From IMG/VR virus record IMGVR_UViG_3300020711_000016, positions 1 to 43,180 of that record: DNA of 43,180 bases; one strand, 5' to 3'. How positions within the stretch are numbered: position 1 is the stretch's first letter; each line of letters begins with the position of its first letter. A model generated the notes under the pieces. The model did not search any database. It worked only from the letters and a program-made list of their open reading frames with translations, and was not told where the DNA came from. The stretch is from a virus (Duplodnaviria; Caudoviricetes). Shown here piece by piece: positions 27,001 through 35,260 of the stretch. Both the position numbers and the translations under genes were made by a program.

Positions 27001-27183
27001 TTACTTGCACAAGCCTGTAGTTTTTGCAGATTCAACAGCAATTTCTTTACCACTACGCTTGAGTTCACCAAATACTTTTGAACCACCACCGTTAGTGCTG
27101 CCTTTACACATACCATCAGTTTTTGCTGTTTCTACGGCAATTTCTTTACCGCCACGCTTTAAAGTACTAAAAATCTCAGCCAT
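27001..27183 (-). CDS. 60-aa protein made of two near-identical repeats
   Basis: AAGGAG RBS; IFSTLKRGGKEIAVETAKTDGMCK / VFGELKRSGKEIAVESAKTTGLCK. Confidence 0.8.
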   Translation of the reverse strand: MAEIFSTLKRGGKEIAVETAKTDGMCKGSTNGGGSKVFGELKRSGKEIAVESAKTTGLCK

Positions 27184-27204
27184 TTTGGGCTCCTTTATAT
27201 AGGG

Positions 27205-27247
27205 TACATACTAACATAATTACTTTTTAACACTCTGTTAGTAACTT
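27205..27247. promoter_or_regulatory. TACATACTAACA motif (27205-27216) plus an inverted variant (27236-27247) upstream of the scaffold/capsid operon
   Basis: Exact 12-mer in the intergenic gap after the portal gene. Confidence 0.6.
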
Positions 27248-27248
27248 G

Positions 27249-29393
27249 TCAACCGTTAGGTCTTTGTTGAAAATTATTTGTTACAGGTGCTCCATTTTGC
27301 AATTGCTGTCCTGGACCTGGTGGTGCAGTTGGCGAACCTCCTGCTTGTGCTTGTCCAGTCTTTTGTTGCATAGCTATCTGAGCTTCTTGTTGTTGCTGTG
27401 CTGCTTGAGCTTCTTGCGCTGCTGCCCATCTCTGCTTAAGTACTGCTAAAGGCGGAACAATATCGTCCTCATTAAGGTCAAGAGTCTTAGCTGCTTCACG
27501 CATTAATACTGCAATACCTTCTTTACCAACAATATCTTGGGCGATTGGGTTAGACAACGCAAGTTGTAAGAACTGACCTTGTTTCTGTGCAGCACTTTCT
27601 TTCTCAATTAGAGACTCTGCTCCACGAGCAACAACACTAATATCACCTTTAAGATCCGTGTCATCTGAATAACGCATGTTGTAGTAATACAAGCGATCAA
27701 TTACAGGCTCAATAACTTTTTCATCAATGTTCGAGATAACCTGTTTAATAGCTTTACCTGCATTGCTCATCAACATCGACATACCTGAAGCTGTGCGCCC
27801 TGCACCGCCTGTAGGACTATCCCCAGTCATGTAGCGTGGGATACCTGTGTATTCATCTGCGAGTGTTGCAAACTTTTCATATACCGCCATGAGCTCTGGT
27901 GCTTGTGAGCTTGGTTGGAAAAAGTCGATGGGTTTGCCTCCACCATTCATTGGGTCGGAGGTGACTTGCCAAATTTTCCAAGGGAAAATCTGAGTGATGT
28001 TTTCACCAGGAGGAAGTCGATCAATGTTGTATACAACCTGCGGCCCTGAAGCTAACCCCATGTTATTAACTAGGGAGCGAGCTGCGGCGTTACAAACGTC
28101 TTGGGTATCTCGGCATAGATCTGCTACAGAATTGCCCCAAAAGGCCCCTGGAACCTCTTCATATGACGCTTTGAAGTAGGGCTTGCGTCCTAATGGATCT
28201 GGGTTGATAACCGCTTTGATAATCCAACGACCAATAAGCCAAGCTTCAATCGGATACTCTGCTAATTCATCTGGCACTTCATCTTCAGTCATGCCCCATT
28301 CACGGAGTAACTTACCTTGGATATTTCCCCAGTACTGAAGCGCATCAATGAGCTCTGATGGGTTTGTAGCCGTACCAATAGTCGATTTACCTTCAGCAGC
28401 TGCTTTAGATACGTCAACATAGATCCAGTCACGCAATCCACCTTTTCCGTATTCATTCAGCACTTGTCTAATAGCTAAATTGCTATAGCCTTCTACATCA
28501 AGAAGCGCAACTAAGTCAGCACGTTGGAGTTTATGACGTTCAATTAAATAGCCATCGTTAATATTTGAAGCATCGGGTGCTGGGTACATATTAAATGGGT
28601 CAACACGCTCCCACTCTAGACAATAGGTATCTTGTAGGTCTAAAGCATAGTGACCACTTTTGTCAGGAATCCAATGCATCTTAGGTTTCTTGCGTACTAC
28701 AGGTCCCTTCATAACTGCTGATGGGAAAGTAACGATATCGTCTAAGAAGTCTGCAAATGATTGAACCCAGTTACCTTCAATGAGCTGTTGCTGCATTTTC
28801 TTTTCCATACGCTCGCAATCTTGGATTGCAATATCTCGTATGTGGCTATTAGCCTCGTCTTTTAGATCAAGGAGCATTTGACGTACTTCTTGTTGGCTAG
28901 GGTTTTGCCCTTGCATCAATGTTTGTTGGATCTGGATCTGGGCTTTCTGCATCAACTCTTGCAGCATATCTGGGGGCATATCTGGAACTGGCCCAGGCTG
29001 AATTGTCCAAGGTTTATCGCCAGAAGTAGTTACCAATACATCACGAAGCCAGCTAGATGCCGCACGGCATTTATTGCTGGTAAGCATCATGTAGATTGTT
29101 GTACTACCCTGCTGAGTTAATTGCGCCAGCTTATCTGGTTCATACTGACCCCGACGTTGTCTAACGGATTTGAGCATCTTTTGCTCTGCTGTCGACTCTT
29201 TAGCAGTCCTAGCGGAAGTCCATAGTTCTTTTATATGGCCTACTAAACGCTGTACTACAGGCTCGTTATTAGCTGCAAGTGCGGCAGCTTTTTCTTCTTC
29301 AAGCATGTGTTTTATGGACTTAATAGGCACGATACCGCCTACCGAGGTGACACCAGGTGCATTTGCGCCAGTAATATTTAGTGCTTTCTGCAT
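27249..29393 (-). CDS. Portal protein
   Basis: 714 aa directly after TerL; ERVDPFNMYPAP, PGAFWGNSV, ADEYTGIPRY..G, RTASGMSML; Gln-rich C-terminal tail as in P22-like portals. Confidence 0.9.
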   Translation of the reverse strand: MQKALNITGANAPGVTSVGGIVPIKSIKHMLEEEKAAALAANNEPVVQRLVGHIKELWTSARTAKESTAEQKMLKSVRQRRGQYEPDKLAQLTQQGSTTIYMMLTSNKCRAASSWLRDVLVTTSGDKPWTIQPGPVPDMPPDMLQELMQKAQIQIQQTLMQGQNPSQQEVRQMLLDLKDEANSHIRDIAIQDCERMEKKMQQQLIEGNWVQSFADFLDDIVTFPSAVMKGPVVRKKPKMHWIPDKSGHYALDLQDTYCLEWERVDPFNMYPAPDASNINDGYLIERHKLQRADLVALLDVEGYSNLAIRQVLNEYGKGGLRDWIYVDVSKAAAEGKSTIGTATNPSELIDALQYWGNIQGKLLREWGMTEDEVPDELAEYPIEAWLIGRWIIKAVINPDPLGRKPYFKASYEEVPGAFWGNSVADLCRDTQDVCNAAARSLVNNMGLASGPQVVYNIDRLPPGENITQIFPWKIWQVTSDPMNGGGKPIDFFQPSSQAPELMAVYEKFATLADEYTGIPRYMTGDSPTGGAGRTASGMSMLMSNAGKAIKQVISNIDEKVIEPVIDRLYYYNMRYSDDTDLKGDISVVARGAESLIEKESAAQKQGQFLQLALSNPIAQDIVGKEGIAVLMREAAKTLDLNEDDIVPPLAVLKQRWAAAQEAQAAQQQQEAQIAMQQKTGQAQAGGSPTAPPGPGQQLQNGAPVTNNFQQRPNG

Positions 29394-29431
29394 AGTGGTT
29401 ATCTTAGCCTAATAATTTCGAATATACCTCT

Positions 29432-29443
29432 TACATACTAACA
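29432..29443. promoter_or_regulatory. TACATACTAACA motif upstream of the portal gene
   Basis: Exact 12-mer in the 52-bp terL-portal gap. Confidence 0.6.
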
Positions 29444-29445
29444 CG

Positions 29446-30846
29446 TCAAGCCCAAATGAAAGCACTCTTCTGGATTTCTTTAGCTTTAGTTACTAACGTA
29501 TCCCCACTAAGGTTGCCATCCGCATGAAGGCATGCATACTGAAAAGCATCAGCAATATGAGAATAGGAGTTCTTTTCCGGTTTTTCATCCGTTTCCCCGT
29601 TCGATTTAATCTTGTAGCGATACCCGCCTCGTAGTGCATTAATTAATTCTCGGCAGCTAGGATCAATTAGCAACGCTGGTTTGCCATCTACAGAACGTGT
29701 TAACAGCTTATCGACTGCACTAATACGTGCCACAATGCTGTTGGTTTTAGCGGGGATAACTCTAAAGCCTTCTTGTTTTAGGATATCGAATACGCTGCGC
29801 TCATCTGTCTGAGCTCTCTGGCTACCTGCAGGGTCGCCAATCACAATCATATTCATGCCTGGGAACTTGTTGGTTAATAATGGCTTTAATTTCTCACGCA
29901 CAAAACGTAAAGTACCCATACCTTCTGAAGTTAAACAAGAATAGGTAAGAAATCTTCCCATTGGGTCTACTTGGCTAATGGTGCAAGCTGGTGTTAATCC
30001 AAAGTCCATACCTAAAATTAATGGATATGTAGAAGCTTTAATGTAATTTAATGGGCCTTTTGCTACATGGCTATCGCTATTAAATGCACGGAATACTGGT
30101 TGGCCGCTTAGGGATTTACCAAACTTCGCATTGATATATACGTCTACCCAGTCTTCAGTTTTGCCTTCTGCTAAGTTAGCGTAGTAATCATCAGGTAAAA
30201 AGTCTACCCAGTCTGCTTCAGCACTTAAGCCTGATGGCTGGAAAAAGATCTCGGCATTTTTTGGTGGCTCAGATAAATACTTTTCCCACCAGGTGTCCAT
30301 GTCGGGAGGGTTTGTTGCTCCCCAGATATGAGCATTGGATAGACCATCATCAGTGACACAACCCACAGTGTTATCAAGCTTAGACGGATAGCGACCCAAA
30401 CGGCCTTGAAGTGCATTGAAGATGTCTGGGGAGATCTCTCGAAATTCATCCAAGATGCCAAAAGATGCTTGTAGAGATAAAAGCCGACGAGTATCGTTAG
30501 CATCGTCCAAACCACGAAACAACACATCACATTCGACATCGCCAAACCTCATAGAAAAAGTGTAATTAGTCTTTGCATAGGCTCCAGCTTCACCATCGGG
30601 ATACCAGCGCAAGAAGTCGGGAATACTTGTATCTCGTAACTGCTCTTTCGTATTACGTACCCAGATCGCTCTTGACCTGCGGATACCATCTTTACAAGGT
30701 GCCATACGGCTAGCGTGGTACGCAATCTTAATAATAGATGCCGTGGTCTTGGTACTACCAACTGGCCCAACGATTAAAGATACAAAGCTCTCTGAGGTAA
30801 GGTATGGCTCAACTGACTTAGGCGGAGTATACGTAAGTGCACTCAT
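29446..30846 (-). CDS. terL: Terminase large subunit
   Basis: Walker A variant GPVGSTKTT, VRNT..QLRDT, Walker B GILDEFRE, ATNPP, nuclease motif GMDFGLTPA, GDPAG, SHIADAFQY. Confidence 0.95.
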   Translation of the reverse strand: MSALTYTPPKSVEPYLTSESFVSLIVGPVGSTKTTASIIKIAYHASRMAPCKDGIRRSRAIWVRNTKEQLRDTSIPDFLRWYPDGEAGAYAKTNYTFSMRFGDVECDVLFRGLDDANDTRRLLSLQASFGILDEFREISPDIFNALQGRLGRYPSKLDNTVGCVTDDGLSNAHIWGATNPPDMDTWWEKYLSEPPKNAEIFFQPSGLSAEADWVDFLPDDYYANLAEGKTEDWVDVYINAKFGKSLSGQPVFRAFNSDSHVAKGPLNYIKASTYPLILGMDFGLTPACTISQVDPMGRFLTYSCLTSEGMGTLRFVREKLKPLLTNKFPGMNMIVIGDPAGSQRAQTDERSVFDILKQEGFRVIPAKTNSIVARISAVDKLLTRSVDGKPALLIDPSCRELINALRGGYRYKIKSNGETDEKPEKNSYSHIADAFQYACLHADGNLSGDTLVTKAKEIQKSAFIWA

Positions 30847-30855
30847 AGGTAAGTA

Positions 30856-31401
30856 TTATTCATCAGCAACCTTTTTCTTTTTTGCTTTAGGTTTAACTTC
30901 TTCGATCATCTTTACGTCATCGACATGTTTTGCCAGTGTGTCGATTGTTTGCGATTTTTTCGACAAATCGCCATGAGTGCCTAAGTTAATCGTTACTGAA
31001 AAGCCCTGCCCTGCTACATTCGCTTGTACTTGGGGCTTAGGTTCCATATCTCCAAGCTTTGCTCCGAACTTCAATACTTCCAGCTTTTGCATCAGTGTCG
31101 AGTCATTACTTTTGGCTATGCGATAAACATCGTCATAGAGGTCCTCAGTGAGTGCTCTGACCTTCGTACGGAATGTGTAACCCGATGCCTCGAACTCTGC
31201 TCTTTGCTTCGCTACAGCGTCTAAAAATGGCTTCCATGTGGATAGCTGCTCCCACTTCGGCCCTTCAAACCCATAACGTGATGCTATTTCTTTAGGCTCC
31301 TCCATCCCCGTGGCCATTGCAAGCACCATTTCTGCGGGGATATCGAGCGGCACTGCCAGTCTTTGAGGCAGGTACTCTACTTCGTCTTCACTTCTTGACA
31401 T
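30856..31401 (-). CDS. Probable terminase small subunit
   Basis: Directly upstream of terL; helical body followed by GFSVTINLG. Likely start is ATG 31401. Confidence 0.6.
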   Translation of the reverse strand: MSRSEDEVEYLPQRLAVPLDIPAEMVLAMATGMEEPKEIASRYGFEGPKWEQLSTWKPFLDAVAKQRAEFEASGYTFRTKVRALTEDLYDDVYRIAKSNDSTLMQKLEVLKFGAKLGDMEPKPQVQANVAGQGFSVTINLGTHGDLSKKSQTIDTLAKHVDDVKMIEEVKPKAKKKKVADE

Positions 31402-31537
31402 CAAGATCTAAGCTCTTAGTCAGCATTTGACGAATCACTTCACTAATGGTCATTTGCTTAGCCATAGCTTGGTGTTGTAACCCTTCCCAAATGCGATCTG
31501 GCAAAAAGAAATTATGCCGTTTCATTGGAGTACTCAT
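31388..31537 (-). CDS. Ribbon-helix-helix (CopG/Arc-like) DNA-binding protein, 49 aa (not in ORF track)
   Basis: MSTPMKRHNFFLPDRIWEGLQHQAMAKQMTISEVIRQMLTKSLDLDVKK; beta-strand KRHNFFL plus helix-2 signature TISEVIR; TAATG coupling to the upstream gene. Confidence 0.8.
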   Translation of the reverse strand: MSTPMKRHNFFLPDRIWEGLQHQAMAKQMTISEVIRQMLTKSLDLDVKK

Positions 31538-31728
31538 TACTCGGCTACTACTTCTACTGGAGCAGCTTCTGCAGCAGCTTTTTCTGCAGCTTGTTGCGCT
31601 TCCAATTGTGGGGTTACTTGTGCACGGATCTTGTTTACCAATGCTTCAACTTGGCCCATAGGTTGGGTAGCTAATGCATTAACAACGCCTTGTACTTCTG
31701 CGATATCGAGGTCTAATTTCAAAGCCAT
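31537..31728 (-). CDS. Small hypothetical protein
   Basis: AAGGA RBS; L.L...EV..V..AL...P...V..LV.KIR.Q..PQ pattern. Confidence 0.75.
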   Translation of the reverse strand: MALKLDLDIAEVQGVVNALATQPMGQVEALVNKIRAQVTPQLEAQQAAEKAAAEAAPVEVVAE

Positions 31729-31737
31729 GTGTTTTCC

Positions 31738-31911
31738 TTATTTACGTTTTGTGGTTTTTACTGCGGGTTTCTTTACAACTGCTTTTTTCACTGCAGGTTT
31801 GCGTTTAACTTCAACCTTTGGTGTAGCAGGTGCTGGGGCTAATGCTGGAATAGAAGGCTTAACTACGCCTACAGGAGTTGCTTTAAAAAGCCCTACAAGT
31901 TTCTTTAGCAT
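31738..31911 (-). CDS. 57-aa Lys/Pro/Ala-rich, histone-H1-like basic protein (not in ORF track)
   Basis: MLKKLVGLFKATPVGVVKPSIPALAPAPATPKVEVKRKPAVKKAVVKKPAVKTTKRK; AAAGG RBS; fills the gap between neighbours. Confidence 0.7.
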   Translation of the reverse strand: MLKKLVGLFKATPVGVVKPSIPALAPAPATPKVEVKRKPAVKKAVVKKPAVKTTKRK

Positions 31912-32060
31912 TTTTTGCCTTTAGGAGCTGGGAACTTAGGGCTTTTCTCGCCTTCAGCTTTCTCACCCTTTAAATAAGCCTTTTTGCCTACTTTTAACTC
32001 TGTTTTTTCTTCTTTTTTGCTCTCTTTACCAGCAAAAATCTTCTTCAAATTCACAGCCAT
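31905..32060 (-). CDS. 51-aa Lys/Glu-rich small protein
   Basis: AAGGAG RBS before ATG 32060 (MAVNLKKIFAGKESKKEEK...). Confidence 0.7.
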   Translation of the reverse strand: MAVNLKKIFAGKESKKEEKTELKVGKKAYLKGEKAEGEKSPKFPAPKGKKC

Positions 32061-32113
32061 GTTAGCTCCTTTGTGTGTTGATTCGACACATGTTAGCATG
32101 TTTTACAACAGAA

Positions 32114-32491
32114 TCAAGGGCTTTTTTTACGTTTCTTCGCTTTTTTGAGCTCCATACGCTCATCGTAGTGGTGTATTCGGTGGCAATTTGCACAAAGTAC
32201 TACACATTTCTTGATCTCTTCATATGCTTTTGTAAACATCCCACTACTTATCAACATATGAACGTTGTACTCTTTTTCTTGGGGGTTAACATGATGAAAA
32301 TCCAAGGTGGCTGGGTGGCATTGTTTACATTTCCAGCAGTGTAGTCCGGTTTTGAACTCCGCCCATTTCGCTCGTCCTGCCTTTTTAGTCGCTGCTGTCT
32401 TAAGCTTTATGCGCTCTTTGTTTGCTTCGTAATGCTCTGCTGATTTTATCTTTAGGTAGCTCTTACGTTTTTCTGGATCTTTATACGGCAT
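32114..32491 (-). CDS. HNH endonuclease
   Basis: CWKC...LDFHH...CVVLCANCHRIHH; start MPYKD overlaps the GNAT stop (TAATG). Confidence 0.85.
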   Translation of the reverse strand: MPYKDPEKRKSYLKIKSAEHYEANKERIKLKTAATKKAGRAKWAEFKTGLHCWKCKQCHPATLDFHHVNPQEKEYNVHMLISSGMFTKAYEEIKKCVVLCANCHRIHHYDERMELKKAKKRKKSP

Positions 32492-32916
32492 TAGAGCTTT
32501 TTGATCCAGTAACACGACTCTTTATATGCCCAGGGGCTTCTAGGGTCATACATTTTCATGCCGCATGAAATCAAGCTATTTGCGCTTGCGGGGTTATCTC
32601 GTGTATCAGTTACTACGTGAGTAAAGTCCAACTTCTTTGCATACTGCATTCTTGCTTTAATAAGTTTCTTTTGTACTCCATGTCCTTGGCAGACTCTTAA
32701 TACTCCCGCTCGACAAAGATATCCGGTGCCATGCCACTGCGATGATTTAACTAATCCTGCAAACGCCACGGGCATGTCGTTGTAATACCCAATCCACCAC
32801 CAACCTTCTGCTACGTCATACACGGTATCGCAAGGCAGACAGCTTTTCTGCAGCTTTTTTAGAGCTTGCGCTATTACGGGATTGAGTGGGTTCACTCGTT
32901 TGATAACGACTTGCAT
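32491..32916 (-). CDS. GNAT-family acetyltransferase
   Basis: YLCRAGVLRVCQGHGVQKKLI (motif A, Q/RxxGxG-like); NPASANSLISCGMK. Confidence 0.85.
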   Translation of the reverse strand: MQVVIKRVNPLNPVIAQALKKLQKSCLPCDTVYDVAEGWWWIGYYNDMPVAFAGLVKSSQWHGTGYLCRAGVLRVCQGHGVQKKLIKARMQYAKKLDFTHVVTDTRDNPASANSLISCGMKMYDPRSPWAYKESCYWIKKL

Positions 32917-33041
32917 GCCGCTATGTTAGCTTGTTTCTATGCAGTTTGTTAGTAGTTACCCTAATATTTTTAGGTACGAATTACTCCGGTATGAAATCTT
33001 CCGGTTTTTTGGTAGTTTTGCGAACAACCTGTATGTCTACC

Positions 33042-33536
33042 CTACGCATGCCAGTTATTACTCTTCTTAATATTTTCTTTAGCTGGGATAACTTGAAGGT
33101 TCCAGGGGACATGAAGGCCACAAACCGTTTTACCTCTTAAAGGCACTATGTGGTCCACGTGGTACTCAACGCCAGTTGCCTGTTGTTCTTCTTTTGCCTT
33201 TCTATAAACTACTCTAATTTCTTTTTTATGCTGCTCTGTTAACCACGGTGGGGTTCGTTTTAGCTCTGCGCATTTACGGGTCTTTCTCTGCGCAGCCTGT
33301 TTGTCTGGGTTCTTTTCGATATATCTTCTCTTTGAGGCTGCCACTTTATCTGGGTTAGCTCGTTTCCATTTGCGTTTTGTCTCTCTAATTTTGTCAGGGT
33401 TTAACACTTTATACTGCTTCGCTTTTAAAGCTTTACATTGCCTACAATCAGATCTAAGCCCGTCTTTTGTGTCTTTTTGCTTAGAGAATTCTATAGTTAG
33501 TTTTGGTGTTTTACACCTAGAGCATGTTTTATACAT
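33042..33536 (-). CDS. HNH endonuclease with N-terminal Zn-finger
   Basis: CSRC...CRQC; YHVDHIVPLRGKTVCGLHVPWNLQVIPAKENIKKSN. Confidence 0.9.
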   Translation of the reverse strand: MYKTCSRCKTPKLTIEFSKQKDTKDGLRSDCRQCKALKAKQYKVLNPDKIRETKRKWKRANPDKVAASKRRYIEKNPDKQAAQRKTRKCAELKRTPPWLTEQHKKEIRVVYRKAKEEQQATGVEYHVDHIVPLRGKTVCGLHVPWNLQVIPAKENIKKSNNWHA

Positions 33537-33555
33537 ACTAACATGTTAGCATGTG
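33532..33555. promoter_or_regulatory. Head-to-head motif pair TACATACTAACA-TGTTAGCATGTG (near-palindrome) over the start of the late arm
   Basis: Near-perfect inverted repeat overlapping the ATG of 33042..33536. Confidence 0.65.
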
Positions 33556-33814
33556 TTTGGTATTTTAAGGTGAGTATGCGTATATAGAACGTGTGTATGT
33601 ACCTAAAAAATAGGAATCGCACTATTGCCAATACGTAAAGCCACCCCCCACGCATACCAGTCTAGCGCCACCCCCTGTACCCTCCTTACTTGGCGGTCTC
33701 AGGGCTTAGTTTATACAGGGTTGCATTATTTCTGTTAGCTAGTTTCACTGCAACATCACACTAATGGTGCTGATCGGGCGGATGAGAAGTACCAAGCTAT
33801 CGGATCTCAAACCC

Positions 33815-33929
33815 TCCTCTTTAACAATTTGTAAACCCCCCTATGGCACTAGGGGGAGGCATGAAGATTCTTTACTAAGCTAGTTTTATATGCTCGGTTT
33901 AGACAAGGGATTTTCAACCTCCTCTTAAC
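33815..33929 (+). promoter_or_regulatory. boxA-like element followed by two hairpins in the leader of the first rightward gene
   Basis: TCCTCTTTAACAA (33815-33827) versus rrn boxA TGCTCTTTAACA; stem CCCCCTA/TAGGGGG (33837-33856); long G-U-containing stem 33863-33915; second CCTCCTCTTAAC at 33918-33929. Confidence 0.55.
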
Positions 33930-33945
33930 TATAAGGTATTGAATC

Positions 33946-34437
33946 ATGAAAACATTAGCTAATTACATCGCTGAAAATGAAGTTTCTTTTGCATCTGCAC
34001 AAGTCATCGTTGTAGGTAAAACTGTAACGGAGCGCAAATTAAGTGTTTTGCCTACTGCATCACCACAGGCTCGCACCTTTTTGGCTTCAACATCGGGTAA
34101 GGTTGGTGTGGCTTGCCGTCAAGGTTTGCGTGAGCAAGGCGCAGTTGAAATCGCCACTCAAGCCCGTCAAGGTAACTACAACCCTTTAGCCCAAGCTATT
34201 TCTGCCCTTACAGGCGAATCGCTCTCAATTCCTAACCGTGCCTCATTCGAATCACTGAATGATCGTTATAACGACAAACTCTTAGACCTTGAGTTATCAA
34301 GAGGTCGTGGCTACACCATAACCGTAAGTAAAAAGACTGGCGAGCAGATTGTCAAGCCATCAAGCAAGCGTGTTTTATTAAATAACGTCATTAGCTTGGT
34401 GAGTGTTGTGCAGGATATCGCTAAGTCCATTCAATAA
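33946..34437 (+). CDS. Hypothetical early protein
   Basis: 163 aa with AAGG RBS; first gene of the rightward arm. Confidence 0.8.
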   Translation: MKTLANYIAENEVSFASAQVIVVGKTVTERKLSVLPTASPQARTFLASTSGKVGVACRQGLREQGAVEIATQARQGNYNPLAQAISALTGESLSIPNRASFESLNDRYNDKLLDLELSRGRGYTITVSKKTGEQIVKPSSKRVLLNNVISLVSVVQDIAKSIQ

Positions 34438-34466
34438 TCTAATAATCGGATTATGTCGTGTGCCGA

Positions 34467-34488
34467 GGGGAGATAATATTATCTCCCC
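34467..34488. other. Perfect 22-bp palindrome GGGGAGATAATATTATCTCCCC (terminator or protein-binding site)
   Basis: Self-complementary; about 30 nt after the stop of 33946..34437. Confidence 0.6.
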
Positions 34489-34780
34489 CATTTAATAACT
34501 TAATAATGAGATTATTATATGAATAATGAGCAGTTAATAATGCGAGAGATAATCAAGGCTATTAATGATTATCAGCATATTATATTTAAACCTAAAGTTA
34601 ATGTCGTGCGTCGTGTTCCCATGGGTACATTTAGTGGATTATATCCATTGCATTATTTAGTGGGTGATATTGGTCGAGTGCATCCATCAAGACCGCCAAG
34701 CTCCAAGACTACCAACTCGGATTGTATCTATGACCATGCTCGTACTTTTGGGATCAGGACTAGGATTTAGCCCCACTTTG

Positions 34781-35118
34781 CAATAATTGAGGTTTTAGGG
34801 GTCATATTATTCCACAATAAATGCACTTTCCTTATTCCATAAGGCCTAGCGGGTTGTAATAATTGAATTATTGAATAATTGATGTAAATGTATATGTTAC
34901 GTGTGAGACGTGTTGAGTTATTGCGTGGTGTTTTTGCTTGCACTTGGGACTTCCACGAATTCTCAGATATGGGGATACCCTTTCGAAAAACTCAATAATT
35001 CAATTATTGTATACACACGTTCACGACATAGCCTTATCCATCATGCCTCACAGGGCGATTTGTAATAATTGAGCATTTCCCCCTCATTCAATAATTGCAC
35101 CACTACATTTCAATAATT
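34781..35118. repeat. Array of AATAATT(G) motifs with a 17-bp inverted repeat and an imperfect ~40-bp direct repeat
   Basis: Copies near 34782, 34858, 34866 (rc), 34874, 34994, 35002 (rc), 35064, 35090, 35112. Inverted repeat 34858-34874 / 34992-35008. ttgtaataattga at 34854 and 35060. Confidence 0.75.
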
Positions 35119-35225
35119 ACCCCATCCACGCAATAACTTCACCATCAGGTAACTCTTTTTTTAGGGCACCTGTCACGATTGACCACGCAATGAACTTGAT
35201 GATTAGGGTTTACCCCACTATCGAG

Positions 35226-35260
35226 TACCTACTAACATACATACAATTAACTTACTAACA
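35226..35260 (+). promoter_or_regulatory. Tandem TACTAACA motif variants upstream of the early gene cluster
   Basis: TACCTACTAACA (35226-35237) and AACTTACTAACA (35249-35260), 23 bp apart, just before AAGGTG-N5-ATG. Confidence 0.55.

Noticed and set aside
912-33549. Numerous short plus-strand ORFs in the track (e.g. 6553, 7102, 11710, 14478, 25158, 31514)
   Set aside because: They are antisense shadows of well-supported minus-strand genes, with no recognisable motifs.
34519-34770. 83-aa plus-strand ORF
   Set aside because: Its start is built from AATAAT repeats and it has no clear RBS. It is probably spurious but cannot be fully excluded.
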